Source of the DNA: Christensenellales bacterium
GTDB lineage: Bacteria; Bacillota; Clostridia; Christensenellales; UBA1750
Direction: 5' to 3'
NCBI GenBank assembly: GCA_050942895.1
Contig: JBMNOE010000004.1
Location: 97,064-161,063 of the forward strand
Length of the DNA stretch: 64,000 nucleotides
Positions within the stretch are counted from its first letter, which is position 1. Every line of letters starts with the position of its first letter. Below are positions 18,473 through 27,103 of this stretch, piece by piece. A program made the translations under genes and the position numbers. The notes beneath the pieces are model-generated. The model saw only the letters and a list, made by a program, of their open reading frames with translations, searched no databases and was not told where the DNA came from.

Positions 18473-19732
18473 TTAATCTACAAAGTCGAACTCTAAGTCC
18501 TCTATTCGGATGGTATCGCCCTGCTGAACGCCTTTTTCGCGCAGTTCGTCGATAACGCCCAGCCGGCGCAAAGTCCGCTGGAAAAAGGCCATGGACTCGT
18601 CGTCATAGAAGTCTGTGGCGTTGATCAGATTCTCTATGACGGAGCCGCCGATGCTGTAAACGCCGTCTTCGTCCAGGCTGATGACATAGGCCGGGCCGCC
18701 GTCGGCTTGCGGCATTATAAAATCCTCAATGAAGGGCGCGGGCTTTTCGATGGTATCAAGCCTTTCCACAACTTCTCTTAAAAGGGGAGCAAGGCCCTGT
18801 CTTGCAAGGGCGGAAATTTCAAAGACCTCAACATCAGGATGCGCTTCCTTGAAGAAAAAAAGATATTCCTGCGCACCCGGCAGATCCATCTTGTTGGCCA
18901 CGACGATGCGGGGCTTTTCAAACAGCCTGCCGTATTTTTTAAGCTCCGTATTTATTGCGTCATAGTCCTCAAGGGGATTGCGCCCCTCACAGCCGCTCAT
19001 GTCTATGATGTGCAAAAGCAGCCTTGTCCTTTCCACATGGCGCAAAAAGGCGTGGCCAAGTCCGATGCCCTCCGCCGCACCTTCGATAAGGCCGGGAATA
19101 TCCGCCATGACAAAGCCGTCATCATCAACGTTTACCACGCCCAGATTCGGCTCCAGGGTGGTGAAATGATAGTTGGCGATTTTGGGCTTTGCAGCCGAAA
19201 CGACTGAAAGCAAAGTGGACTTGCCGACGTTCGGAAAGCCGACCAGGCCAACGTCTGCGATTGTTTTAAGTTCAAGTATGAGGGAAAACGCTTCGGTTTT
19301 TTGGCCGGGCTTGGCGAAGTTTGGCGCTTGACGAACCGGCGTTGCAAAGCGCGCGTTGCCCGCGCCGCCCCTGCCGCCCGTGAAAGCCACCTTGCGCATA
19401 TCCTTTTCGTGCATGTCGGCGATGATGGCGCCGGAATCTTTATCTTTTATGACGGTGCCAACGGGAACCCTGATGACAAGATCCTCCGCAGACTTCCCCG
19501 TCTGCCGGCCTGCCGCGCCGTTTTCGCCGTTCTTGGCAAAGAACTTCCTGTGGAAGCGAAAGTCCAGGAGAGTGTGCATGTTTTCAGCGGCAATGAAAAC
19601 AATGTCGCCGCCCTTGCCTCCGTCACCTCCGTCGGGGCCGCCGTTCATCACATATTTTTCCCTGTGGAATGAAACCTTTCCGTCGCCGCCGTTGCCGGCT
19701 TTAACGGTTATTGAAACATAATCTACGAACAA
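18473..19732 (-). CDS. obg: GTPase Obg/CgtA
   Basis: MFVDYVSITVKAGNGGDGKVSFHREK, glycine-rich Obg fold (GGPDGGDGGKGGD), G domain GFPNVGKST / DIPGLIEGA / NKMD, and a C-terminal OCT-like domain. The start codon is TTG. Confidence 0.95.
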   Translation of the reverse strand: MFVDYVSITVKAGNGGDGKVSFHREKYVMNGGPDGGDGGKGGDIVFIAAENMHTLLDFRFHRKFFAKNGENGAAGRQTGKSAEDLVIRVPVGTVIKDKDSGAIIADMHEKDMRKVAFTGGRGGAGNARFATPVRQAPNFAKPGQKTEAFSLILELKTIADVGLVGFPNVGKSTLLSVVSAAKPKIANYHFTTLEPNLGVVNVDDDGFVMADIPGLIEGAAEGIGLGHAFLRHVERTRLLLHIIDMSGCEGRNPLEDYDAINTELKKYGRLFEKPRIVVANKMDLPGAQEYLFFFKEAHPDVEVFEISALARQGLAPLLREVVERLDTIEKPAPFIEDFIMPQADGGPAYVISLDEDGVYSIGGSVIENLINATDFYDDESMAFFQRTLRRLGVIDELREKGVQQGDTIRIEDLEFDFVD

Positions 19733-19793
19733 AATATCACCGTATTCCTAAAAATAAAATAGTTTACAAGCCAAAAAAAGCAGATTTAATAAG

Positions 19794-21065
19794 CTATTTA
19801 ATGCCCACATATCCGGTTTTGTCGACGATGTACTGCCCCTGGGGGGAAAGAATCCATTCGATCAGCGCGGTGGCGTTTTCATGGGGATCTTCAAGGGTGA
19901 CAGCGAAAAGCGCATTTGAAATGGGGTAGCTTCCATCCTGTATGGACTCGACCGAAGGGTGAACGCCGTCTATCGAAAGGAGCTTAATGCCCCCGTCCCC
20001 CAGCATGGAGGTTACATAATATCTGAAAGAAAAGCCTATCGCGTCACTGAAGTTGCGGTAGTCTGACGTGCGGTTGACTATGCCGCCCATGCCATAGACC
20101 ACGTTCTCGGTGGGGGGCTCCATCAGCGGGTGGCCCTCCATCAAGCGCAAAAGTGCGCTCTGGCTGCCGCTGCCCTCTTCCCTTTGGAAGGCGCGGATAT
20201 TCTGGTTTTTGCCGCCCACCTGGCTCCAGTTGGTAATCTCACCGCCATATATGCGCCTTATTTCATCCGTAGAAAGGCCGTTCACCTTGTTTTTATCGTT
20301 GACGAAAAAGACGAAGGCCTCCTTTCCGATGGGGGTTAAGACCATTTCAACGCCCATCGCCTCGGCGGCGTCAAGCTGCTTTTGTGACGGCGCAGCCACG
20401 AAGATTATGTCCGCATCGCCGTGAATCAGCTTTTCATAGGCCGAAGCGGTGGTGGCGCAGGCGACGACAGAGTTTTTAATGTCCATCACGTCATAGTCTG
20501 CAACTGGGTATGTGGCTGCAGCAAAAGCGCTGTATACGGGCAGAAGGGCTGTAGCGCCGTCCAGCCTGGGAAGGTAATCGTCCTCGCCGAACTCGAGGGA
20601 GGGCTCATCCGTCAGTTGTGCCAGCTTAGGATTGACGATGGGGTATTCACGGCCGTCTTCAAGGGCGGGCCCGCCATAAACGAAGGGCGCGTATTCCCAG
20701 ATGTTCACATCGCTGCTTCTTACCACCGTCAGGCTTGAGATATGCTTGTCGTATATTCCCTTGCCGGCGATGACCAAAGCCGATGCCAGCAAGAATATGC
20801 CCAGCAGCCGCCAGAGCAGTTTCCTTCGCCTGCAAAAAACCAGCAGCACTGAAAATATGATGACCACGGCAGCAATCGCCGGTATGAAGCTGCTCAGAAA
20901 AATGTTGCCCATCAATGAAAATATGACTCCGGCAATGAAGCCCGCCATAGTCAGGCAAAAGGCAAGCGACAAGGCGACGACTATCTTCGCCCAAAGGGGA
21001 AATTTCTGCCTTGTTTCTGTGTCGCCGCTGTTATCAGATTTAAAGTTACCGCCGTTTTCGCTCAT
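19794..21065 (-). CDS. Membrane-anchored PstS/PBP2-like substrate-binding domain protein
   Basis: Three predicted N-terminal TM helices, then a type-2 periplasmic-binding fold resembling phosphate-binding proteins (DADIIFVAAPS ... GLSTDEIRRIYGGEITNWSQVGG ... REEGSGSQ). Its ATG overlaps the nfnB stop by 1 nt. Confidence 0.65.
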   Translation of the reverse strand: MSENGGNFKSDNSGDTETRQKFPLWAKIVVALSLAFCLTMAGFIAGVIFSLMGNIFLSSFIPAIAAVVIIFSVLLVFCRRRKLLWRLLGIFLLASALVIAGKGIYDKHISSLTVVRSSDVNIWEYAPFVYGGPALEDGREYPIVNPKLAQLTDEPSLEFGEDDYLPRLDGATALLPVYSAFAAATYPVADYDVMDIKNSVVACATTASAYEKLIHGDADIIFVAAPSQKQLDAAEAMGVEMVLTPIGKEAFVFFVNDKNKVNGLSTDEIRRIYGGEITNWSQVGGKNQNIRAFQREEGSGSQSALLRLMEGHPLMEPPTENVVYGMGGIVNRTSDYRNFSDAIGFSFRYYVTSMLGDGGIKLLSIDGVHPSVESIQDGSYPISNALFAVTLEDPHENATALIEWILSPQGQYIVDKTGYVGIK

Positions 21066-22495
21066 TATGAATCACTTTTCTTTTTTATATATTTATCTAT
21101 GGCCTCCGCAGCAATTTTTCCCGCTCCCATGGCCAGTATGACCGTCGCGGCGCCCGAAACGGCATCGCCGCCCGCGTAAACGCCCTCCCTGGAGGTTGCC
21201 ATGGTGTTTTCATCCACGATTATTCCCCCCCAATGATGGGTATCAAGGCCGGGGGTGGTGCTGCGGATAAGTGGGTTGGGGCTGGTGCCGATGGCCATTA
21301 TCACCAGGTCTATATCCATTTCAAACTCGCTGCCCTCGATGGGCCTGGGCCTTCTGCGGCCGGAGGAGTCAGGCTCGCCCAGCTCCATGCGAACGCATCT
21401 GAGCCCGGCGCATTTGCCGTCCTTTTCGATGATCTCAACAGGGTTCACCAGGGTGTCAAATATAATGCCTTCCTCAACTGCGTGGTGAACCTCCTCAACC
21501 CTTGCCGGCATTTCCTCCATGGAGCGGCGGTAGACCAGATGCACTTCCTTGGCGCCCATGCGCATGGCGCATCTTGCTGCGTCCATGGCCACATTGCCGC
21601 CGCCGATTACAGCGATTTTGTCCGCCAGCATTATTGGGGTGTGGCTTTCTTCGCGGTAGGCTCCCATAAGGTTTATCCGCGTCAAATATTCATTTGCAGA
21701 GAAAACTCCCGGAAGGTTCTCGCCGGGGATGCCCATGAATGTGGGCAGGCCAGCGCCGCTGGCTATGAAAACCGCCTCAAAGCCTTCCTCAAACAGCTCG
21801 TCCACGGTAATCGTCTTGCCGATGACTGTGTTCAGCTCTATCTTGACCCCCATGTCCTCAAGCTGCTTAACCTCTTGCTGAACTATGACCTTGGGCAGGC
21901 GGAACTCCGGTATGCCGTACATCAAAACCCCGCCGGCCTTGTGCAGGACTTCAAATATGGTAACGTCATAGCCCATCCGCCGCAGATCCCCCCCGCAGGT
22001 GAGACCCGCAGGCCCTGCGCCCACCACCGCGACCTTGTGGCCGTTCTCGGTTATGTTATCATCGGTTTCAAGCACCGCATTGTCGGCGGCGAAGCGCTCC
22101 AGGCGGCCGATTGCGACCGGTTGCCCCTTCAGGCCGATTATACACAGTTTTTCGCATTGCTCCTCCTGAGGGCAGACCCTTCCGCAGACGGCGGGCAGGC
22201 TGTTTGTGCGCTTGATGATCTCCAGCGCGGTTTTGGCATCGCCTTCTTTAAGCTGGGTGATGAAGCCCGGAATATCTATGCCGACGGGGCAGCCTTTGAC
22301 GCAGCGGGGGTTCTTGCAGTTTATGCAGCGGTGAGCCTCCAATATCGCTTCGTCCATATTATAGCCAAGAGTAACTTCCTCGAAGTTACCTGCCCTTATC
22401 TTGGGATCCTGCTCCCGCATGGGCACACGGCCTTGTTTTTCTCTTTTAGCAGTGCTATTAATTGTGGTATTTTTGCCGTTGTTATTCTGTGTCAT
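21065..22495 (-). CDS. nfnB: NADPH-dependent glutamate synthase small-subunit-like oxidoreductase (NfnB-type)
   Basis: Two Fe-S cysteine clusters (CINCKNPRCVKGCPV, CGRVCPQEEQCEKLC) and two GxGxxG folds (VAVVGAGPAGLTCG, IAVIGGGNVAMDAA). Start set at ATG 22495, with GGAGG 9 nt upstream. Paired with a PyrK-like subunit. Confidence 0.85.
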   Translation of the reverse strand: MTQNNNGKNTTINSTAKREKQGRVPMREQDPKIRAGNFEEVTLGYNMDEAILEAHRCINCKNPRCVKGCPVGIDIPGFITQLKEGDAKTALEIIKRTNSLPAVCGRVCPQEEQCEKLCIIGLKGQPVAIGRLERFAADNAVLETDDNITENGHKVAVVGAGPAGLTCGGDLRRMGYDVTIFEVLHKAGGVLMYGIPEFRLPKVIVQQEVKQLEDMGVKIELNTVIGKTITVDELFEEGFEAVFIASGAGLPTFMGIPGENLPGVFSANEYLTRINLMGAYREESHTPIMLADKIAVIGGGNVAMDAARCAMRMGAKEVHLVYRRSMEEMPARVEEVHHAVEEGIIFDTLVNPVEIIEKDGKCAGLRCVRMELGEPDSSGRRRPRPIEGSEFEMDIDLVIMAIGTSPNPLIRSTTPGLDTHHWGGIIVDENTMATSREGVYAGGDAVSGAATVILAMGAGKIAAEAIDKYIKKKSDS

Positions 22496-23306
22496 TTTCT
22501 GCATCCTCCAGCCTGCATTCGTGGTCACGGAACATGGTCATGCGGGTTTGCATGGAGTCAAAGTCCACCAGATGGCCATCAAAATCGGGCCCATCCACGC
22601 AGGCATATTTGACCTGGCCGCCAACCACCACCCGGCAGCCTCCGCACATGCCGGTGCCGTCTATCATGACGGGATTTAAGCTGACCATAGTCTTTATTCC
22701 GTAGGGTTTTGTGGCCTGGGCCACGAATTTCATCATCATGGGCGGGCCGATGGCCACAACCATGTCGTACTTTTCGCCCTTTTCCAAAAGTTCCTTCAGG
22801 ATATCCGTCACGAAGCCCTTGCGGCCATAGCTTCCGTCGTCGGTTGTGATGTAAAGATTTTCAGTGTGGGCCTTAAGATCATCCAGCAGGATAAGATAGT
22901 CCTTGCTCCTGGCGCCCTGTATGGCGTCCACCCTGAAGCCGTTTTCGCTGAGCCATTTCACCTGGGGATAAACAACCGCAGTTCCAACGCCGCCGCCTAT
23001 GCAAAGCACCCTTTCACCCTCGAAATGGGAGGGCTGACCCAGCGGGCCCACGAAGTCCAGTATTGAATCGCCGGCGTTTAGCTCGTTTAAAAGCCTGGTT
23101 GTGCGGCCGACGACCTGGTAAATTATCGACACGCTGCCCTCCTGGCGGTCAAAGGAGGCTATCGTCAGCGGAATGCGCTCGCCGTCCTCGCAGACGCGCA
23201 GGAGTATAAACTGACCGGGCATAGCCTTCTTTGCTATCCGCGGCGCAAAAATATCCATTCTGAAAAGGCTTGGGGCCAGTTGTTCTTTTCTTAAAATTTT
23301 ATACAT
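22482..23306 (-). CDS. nfnA: Sulfide/dihydroorotate dehydrogenase-like FAD/NAD-binding subunit (NfnA-type, PyrK-like)
   Basis: Ferredoxin-reductase-type FAD/NAD fold (ERIPLTIASF, CIGGGVGTAVVYP) and a C-terminal 2Fe-2S cysteine cluster (DGTGMCGGCRV...YACVDGP). Overlaps nfnB by 14 nt. Confidence 0.85.
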   Translation of the reverse strand: MYKILRKEQLAPSLFRMDIFAPRIAKKAMPGQFILLRVCEDGERIPLTIASFDRQEGSVSIIYQVVGRTTRLLNELNAGDSILDFVGPLGQPSHFEGERVLCIGGGVGTAVVYPQVKWLSENGFRVDAIQGARSKDYLILLDDLKAHTENLYITTDDGSYGRKGFVTDILKELLEKGEKYDMVVAIGPPMMMKFVAQATKPYGIKTMVSLNPVMIDGTGMCGGCRVVVGGQVKYACVDGPDFDGHLVDFDSMQTRMTMFRDHECRLEDAENDTE

Positions 23307-23382
23307 AAATTACACCTCTTGTCACATTGTCCATTAAAAAAACTATAGCATATTTCTTTTGAATAGTAAATGGCAAAAGATA

Positions 23383-23412
23383 TTGCCATATTGCTAAATC
23401 ACCCATTATAAT
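23383..23412 (+). promoter_or_regulatory. Candidate promoter of the E2-like gene
   Basis: TTGCCA (23383-23388), 18-nt spacer, TATAAT (23407-23412). The -35 is the right arm of the palindrome TGGCAA-N6-TTGCCA (23371-23388). Confidence 0.45.
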
Positions 23413-23448
23413 ATAGAATTATAAAGTATTAATGAAGGAGGTGAAGGG

Positions 23449-24303
23449 TTGGGTTTCTTCAATAAGAAGAGGAAGGACGGGGTGTGCGTAAGCCATAAGG
23501 AAGCTTTTGTGGTCATTTTGCCCTATGTCATGAAGACCAGAACGGAATCCTTGGTGTATTATGAGTTCGACATTGAAATGACAAATGCTCGAAAGTACAT
23601 GCAACAGCAAAGAAAAAACGGTGAAAATATTTCCTTTTTCAATCTTGTGGTGGCCGCTGCCGTTCAGACTTTCGCCAAGTATAAAAGGGCCAACAGATTC
23701 ATCGCCGGAAGACGGATTTACCAGAGGAACAATATCGAAATCTGTTATGCCATGAAGCGGGAGATGACCGAGGAAGGCGAAGAGGTCACGATAAAGCTGA
23801 AGTTTGACCCTGAAGATGACGTGAAGCAAGTGGCTGAGAAGATGAACGGCTACATGCATGACCGCCGCGAAGGCCAGGAGGGGAGCGAGGAAAAGCTGAT
23901 AAAGCTGTTGACCAAGCTGCCGCGTTTTGTGATCAGCGGATTCGTGGGGCTTATAAAGCTGCTGGACTTCAACGGCCTTTGCCCAACTGCGCTGGTGGAG
24001 GAGCTGCCTTTTTGGAGCAGTCTTTTCATCACGAACATGGGCAGTTTGGGGATGAGAGCGCCCCTGCATCATCTCTATGAGATCGGCACATGTTCCATGT
24101 TCCTTTCGATGGGCCGGCTTGAAAAGACCGTCGTTTTGGACAGCAGCGGCAAGCCGAAAAACAGGCTGAGCATTTCATTTAGCATAACGGTTGACGAGCG
24201 CATAGTGGACGGCTTTTATCTTTCAAGGGTGATCGACAATTTCCAGAGCCTTTTGAACAACCCTGAGAGGATTGACCTTTCGGCGGCGGAAAACAAAGAG
24301 TGA
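23449..24303 (+). CDS. 2-oxoacid dehydrogenase acyltransferase (E2) catalytic-domain-like protein, stand-alone
   Basis: AGGAGGTG precedes the TTG start. CAT/E2-like C-terminal signature SITVDERIVDGFYLSRVIDNFQSLLNNP, which corresponds to the DHRxxDG motif but with Glu in place of His. No lipoyl or E1/E3-binding domains. Confidence 0.55.
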   Translation: MGFFNKKRKDGVCVSHKEAFVVILPYVMKTRTESLVYYEFDIEMTNARKYMQQQRKNGENISFFNLVVAAAVQTFAKYKRANRFIAGRRIYQRNNIEICYAMKREMTEEGEEVTIKLKFDPEDDVKQVAEKMNGYMHDRREGQEGSEEKLIKLLTKLPRFVISGFVGLIKLLDFNGLCPTALVEELPFWSSLFITNMGSLGMRAPLHHLYEIGTCSMFLSMGRLEKTVVLDSSGKPKNRLSISFSITVDERIVDGFYLSRVIDNFQSLLNNPERIDLSAAENKE

Positions 24304-24386
24304 CGATTAATTTGGATTTATATGTAAACGGAAAAGCGGTTGCGCGGTTGTGATGTGCGGCCGCTTTTCATCTCGTTTGAAGGAAT

Positions 24387-25301
24387 ATGGAAGGAATTGA
24401 GATGACGGAAAAGAGGGCGGAAAAATTTGGTGAAAACGGCTTTGTGAGCCTTAAGCCCATAGAGAACGGCTGGTCGGAGGACGAAAAGTATTGCGCTGAA
24501 AATGCGGACGGCGAAAAGTTTCTGCTGAGGATAAGTTCACAGGAAAGGTATGAAAAACGCAAGGCGCTTTTTGAAATGCTTCAAAAAGTTGCGGCGCTGG
24601 ATATACCCATGTGCCGCCCTGTGGATTTCGGCCTTTGCGAAGGCGGCGTTTACATGTCTCACACCTGGATTGACGGCGTAGATGCGAATGAGATCATCCC
24701 CGGCCTTGATCGCGGTGGGCAATATGCCTATGGTCTGGACGCAGGCAGAATATTAAGGAAAATCCACGGTATCCCCGCGCCGGAAAATCAGGAGGACTGG
24801 CAGCGCCGCTTCAACCGAAAGATGGACGGAAAGATAAAAATGTATGAAAAATGCCCGATAAAGTTTGTGGGTGCGGACCGGTTTGTTGAATATATAGAGG
24901 AAAACAGGGGCTTGCTGGCGGGCAGGCCGCAGTCATTTCAGCATGGCGATTACCATATCGGCAACATGATGCTTGAAAAAGGCGTTCTCACCATAATCGA
25001 TTTTGACCGCTTCGATTTTGGCGACCCCTGGGAGGAGTTTAACCGCATCGTCTGGTGCGCTCAAGCCGCCCCTGCATTCGCCGGTGGCATGGTGGACGGT
25101 TACTTCAACGGAAAGCCGCCGATGGAGTTTTGGCGGCTTCTGGCGCTGTATATAGCCAGCAACAGCCTGTCGTCGGTGGCCTGGGCAGTTCCATTCGGGC
25201 AAAAAGAGGTGGCTGTGATGCTGCAGCAGATGGAGGATGTGCTCCGGTGGTATGAGGGCATGAAGGAAGTCGTGCCTGCGTGGTATTGCGGCGGGAGGTG
25301 A
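24387..25301 (+). CDS. Aminoglycoside/choline-kinase-type phosphotransferase family protein (APH fold)
   Basis: Brenner motif FQHGDYHIGNMM and the IIDFDRFDFGDPWEEF metal-binding motif. The alternative start ATG 24402 has the better RBS (GGAAGG 7 nt upstream). Confidence 0.8.
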   Translation: MEGIEMTEKRAEKFGENGFVSLKPIENGWSEDEKYCAENADGEKFLLRISSQERYEKRKALFEMLQKVAALDIPMCRPVDFGLCEGGVYMSHTWIDGVDANEIIPGLDRGGQYAYGLDAGRILRKIHGIPAPENQEDWQRRFNRKMDGKIKMYEKCPIKFVGADRFVEYIEENRGLLAGRPQSFQHGDYHIGNMMLEKGVLTIIDFDRFDFGDPWEEFNRIVWCAQAAPAFAGGMVDGYFNGKPPMEFWRLLALYIASNSLSSVAWAVPFGQKEVAVMLQQMEDVLRWYEGMKEVVPAWYCGGR

Positions 25302-25310
25302 TGGCAGTGC

Positions 25311-25410
25311 TCCACCCCGGGCCCCCGCCAGCTTTTGAAAAAGCTGGGCCAAAACTCTTAAAGAATGGGTAAAAGCATAACGGGGTGTGGGGCGGGGCCT
25401 TCGCATCGTA
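25311..25410 (+). repeat. Intergenic hairpin repeat, copy A
   Basis: Core TCCACCCCGGGCCCCCGCCAGCTTTTGAAAAAGCTGGGCCAAAACTCTTAAAGAA (25311-25365), with palindrome CCAGCTTTT/AAAAGCTGG, followed by a G-rich segment CGGGGTGTGGGGCGGGG. Lies between convergent genes. Confidence 0.8.
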
Positions 25411-25421
25411 CTCCCACCGCG

Positions 25422-26282
25422 TCAATCGCCGCAAATTTTCACCACAGGGTACCAAAGCTCGTACCGGAAGTTCTCCTTGGGGAAGTCGTAGTCAAAGTAG
25501 ACCTCCACATCGGGGATGGAGTTGCCCGCGCGTCTGTATCCCGACGATGGGAACCATTCCTTCCAGATGCGCGTGACGAGATCTGTCAGTTCGCCCTCAC
25601 CTTCAAATACGGCCCAGGTTGCTTCGGGAATGTTTATGGTCTCTAAGCCTTTTGTATTGTCCTGATCTGTCGCAACGGCGATGTAATAATTGAACAGATG
25701 CTTGCCGTCAAAGTCAGTGCAAAGGCCCAGAAACCCCTTGGGGCTGCCGCCTGAAACCGATATCATCTTCTCATAGCTTTCCCCGGGAAGATCGCTCCAG
25801 AACTTGGGGACAAGGTTCACCTGACTATCATTGCGAAAGGCTTTCTTGACCCCCGCTACCTTGAACGCAGGTTTTTTCTCCACTTTGCATTTCATGCTCA
25901 TTTCTCCTTTTACTTTAATTTGAAAAGAGATGCGGGGATAGACGTTGATGAATATTCTCATGCTCCGGGCATACTTGGGCGAGGCCCTGTGCTGGTTTTG
26001 AAACGCCCTGTTGAAGGCGGTGGGCGACGAGTAGCCGTGCTTAAGCGCAATGTCGATTATCTTAGAGTCGCTGCTTTGCAGTTCCAGCGCCGCCATCGAA
26101 AGACGCCTGCGCCTTATATATTCGCTCAGGGAGGTTCCCGTTACGCTGTAAAACAGGGTGGAAAGATCGTTTCTGTTGCTAAAAGCCAGCTTCGCAGCCT
26201 GGTCGAGGTCGATCTCTCCGCCATCCTTAAGACAGTCCTCAATGTAGTCGACAGCTCTTTCAAGCCTGGAGGTTAAATCCAT
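25422..26282 (-). CDS. AraC family transcriptional regulator with GyrI-like effector-binding domain
   Basis: N-terminal AraC HTH (LSEYIRRRRLSMAALEL ... IIDIALKHGYSSPTAFNRAFQ) plus a C-terminal GyrI-like/SOUL-type domain. Start set at ATG 26282 (MDLTSRLERAVDYIE), with AGGAG upstream. Confidence 0.85.
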   Translation of the reverse strand: MDLTSRLERAVDYIEDCLKDGGEIDLDQAAKLAFSNRNDLSTLFYSVTGTSLSEYIRRRRLSMAALELQSSDSKIIDIALKHGYSSPTAFNRAFQNQHRASPKYARSMRIFINVYPRISFQIKVKGEMSMKCKVEKKPAFKVAGVKKAFRNDSQVNLVPKFWSDLPGESYEKMISVSGGSPKGFLGLCTDFDGKHLFNYYIAVATDQDNTKGLETINIPEATWAVFEGEGELTDLVTRIWKEWFPSSGYRRAGNSIPDVEVYFDYDFPKENFRYELWYPVVKICGD

Positions 26283-26400
26283 CCCAATCACTCCTTTCAT
26301 ACAAAATATATACGAAACGGCACGCAAAGTCCTCTCATCTTCCATGGAAATATGAGCGCTGCGCTTTAATTATACAGCATGTCCTTTGGCGCCGCCATCA

Positions 26401-26427
26401 TGAAACAAAAAGCGCCCCGTTTGCGTC
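26401..26427 (+). promoter_or_regulatory. Candidate ECF-type autoregulated promoter
   Basis: TGAAAC (26401-26406), 17-nt spacer, CGTC (26424-27). This resembles the TGAAAC-N16-CGTA class of ECF promoters and lies 78 nt upstream of the sigma gene ATG. A sigma-A-like TTGTGC-17-TATACT follows it. Confidence 0.35.
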
Positions 26428-26504
26428 AATAAATATTGATGGACTAATGGTATTGTGCATCTGACATTAATGCATTATACTTTCTGTATATAGGAGGTGT
26501 GAGA

Positions 26505-27074
26505 ATGAATCCGGACGATATCACCTTAAAAAGAGCCGCAAAACAGGACCCCGAAGCCTTTGAAAAGATTGTCTTGCTATACCAAAGCAGGCTGTACGGG
26601 CTATGCCTTAGAATGCTGGGAAATGAGCAGGACGCATTGGACGCAGCCCAGGAAACATTCATAAAAATTTACCAAAACCTGCCGGGCTACAGAAGCATCG
26701 CTTCCTTTTCCACCTGGGCATACAGAATTGCCACAAACACCTGCCTGGACATGCTCAGAAAACGCAAGGCCAGGTTCTCGCTATCAATGGAGGCAATGGA
26801 GGAGGAGGGAAGCGCCGCGCAGCTAAAGTCCTCCGACGACGTTGAAGGCGAAGTCATGCGGGGGATAACCTCAAGCGAGCTGATAGCGGCGATAGACGCC
26901 CTGCCGGAGGATCAGCGGATGGCGGTAGTCCTCAGGGATGTTCACGGCCTGGCTTACGATGAGATCGCAAACATGCTGAAGCTTAACCTTAACACCGTTA
27001 AATCGCGGATCAGCAGAGGGCGGCGCAGTCTTAGAAAAAGCCTTTCCTCAAAGCCGGAACTTTTCAGCATTTAG
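26505..27074 (+). CDS. ECF-type RNA polymerase sigma-70 family factor
   Basis: AGGAGG lies 7 nt upstream of the ATG at 26505. Region 2 (AQETFIKIYQNLPGYR ... FSTWAYRIATNTCLDMLRKR) and region 4 (VVLRDVHGLAYDEIANMLKLNLNTVKSRISRGR). Confidence 0.9.
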   Translation: MNPDDITLKRAAKQDPEAFEKIVLLYQSRLYGLCLRMLGNEQDALDAAQETFIKIYQNLPGYRSIASFSTWAYRIATNTCLDMLRKRKARFSLSMEAMEEEGSAAQLKSSDDVEGEVMRGITSSELIAAIDALPEDQRMAVVLRDVHGLAYDEIANMLKLNLNTVKSRISRGRRSLRKSLSSKPELFSI

Positions 27075-27103
27075 GCCGTCTAAAGGGTAAAAGGAGTGGT
27101 AAT

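Noticed and set aside
21233-22612. 459-aa plus-strand ORF
   Set aside because: It lies entirely antisense to the well-supported nfnB gene. Its composition is low-complexity and Ala/Gly/His-rich, typical of a shadow ORF in GC-rich coding sequence, and it has no RBS.
23371-23388. TGGCAA-N6-TTGCCA resembling a sigma-54 -24/-12 promoter (TGGCAC-N5-TTGCA)
   Set aside because: The GG-to-GC spacing is 11 nt instead of the required 10, the element is a symmetric palindrome, and its right arm serves as a sigma-A -35 with a TATAAT 18 nt downstream. It is more likely an operator than a sigma-54 promoter.
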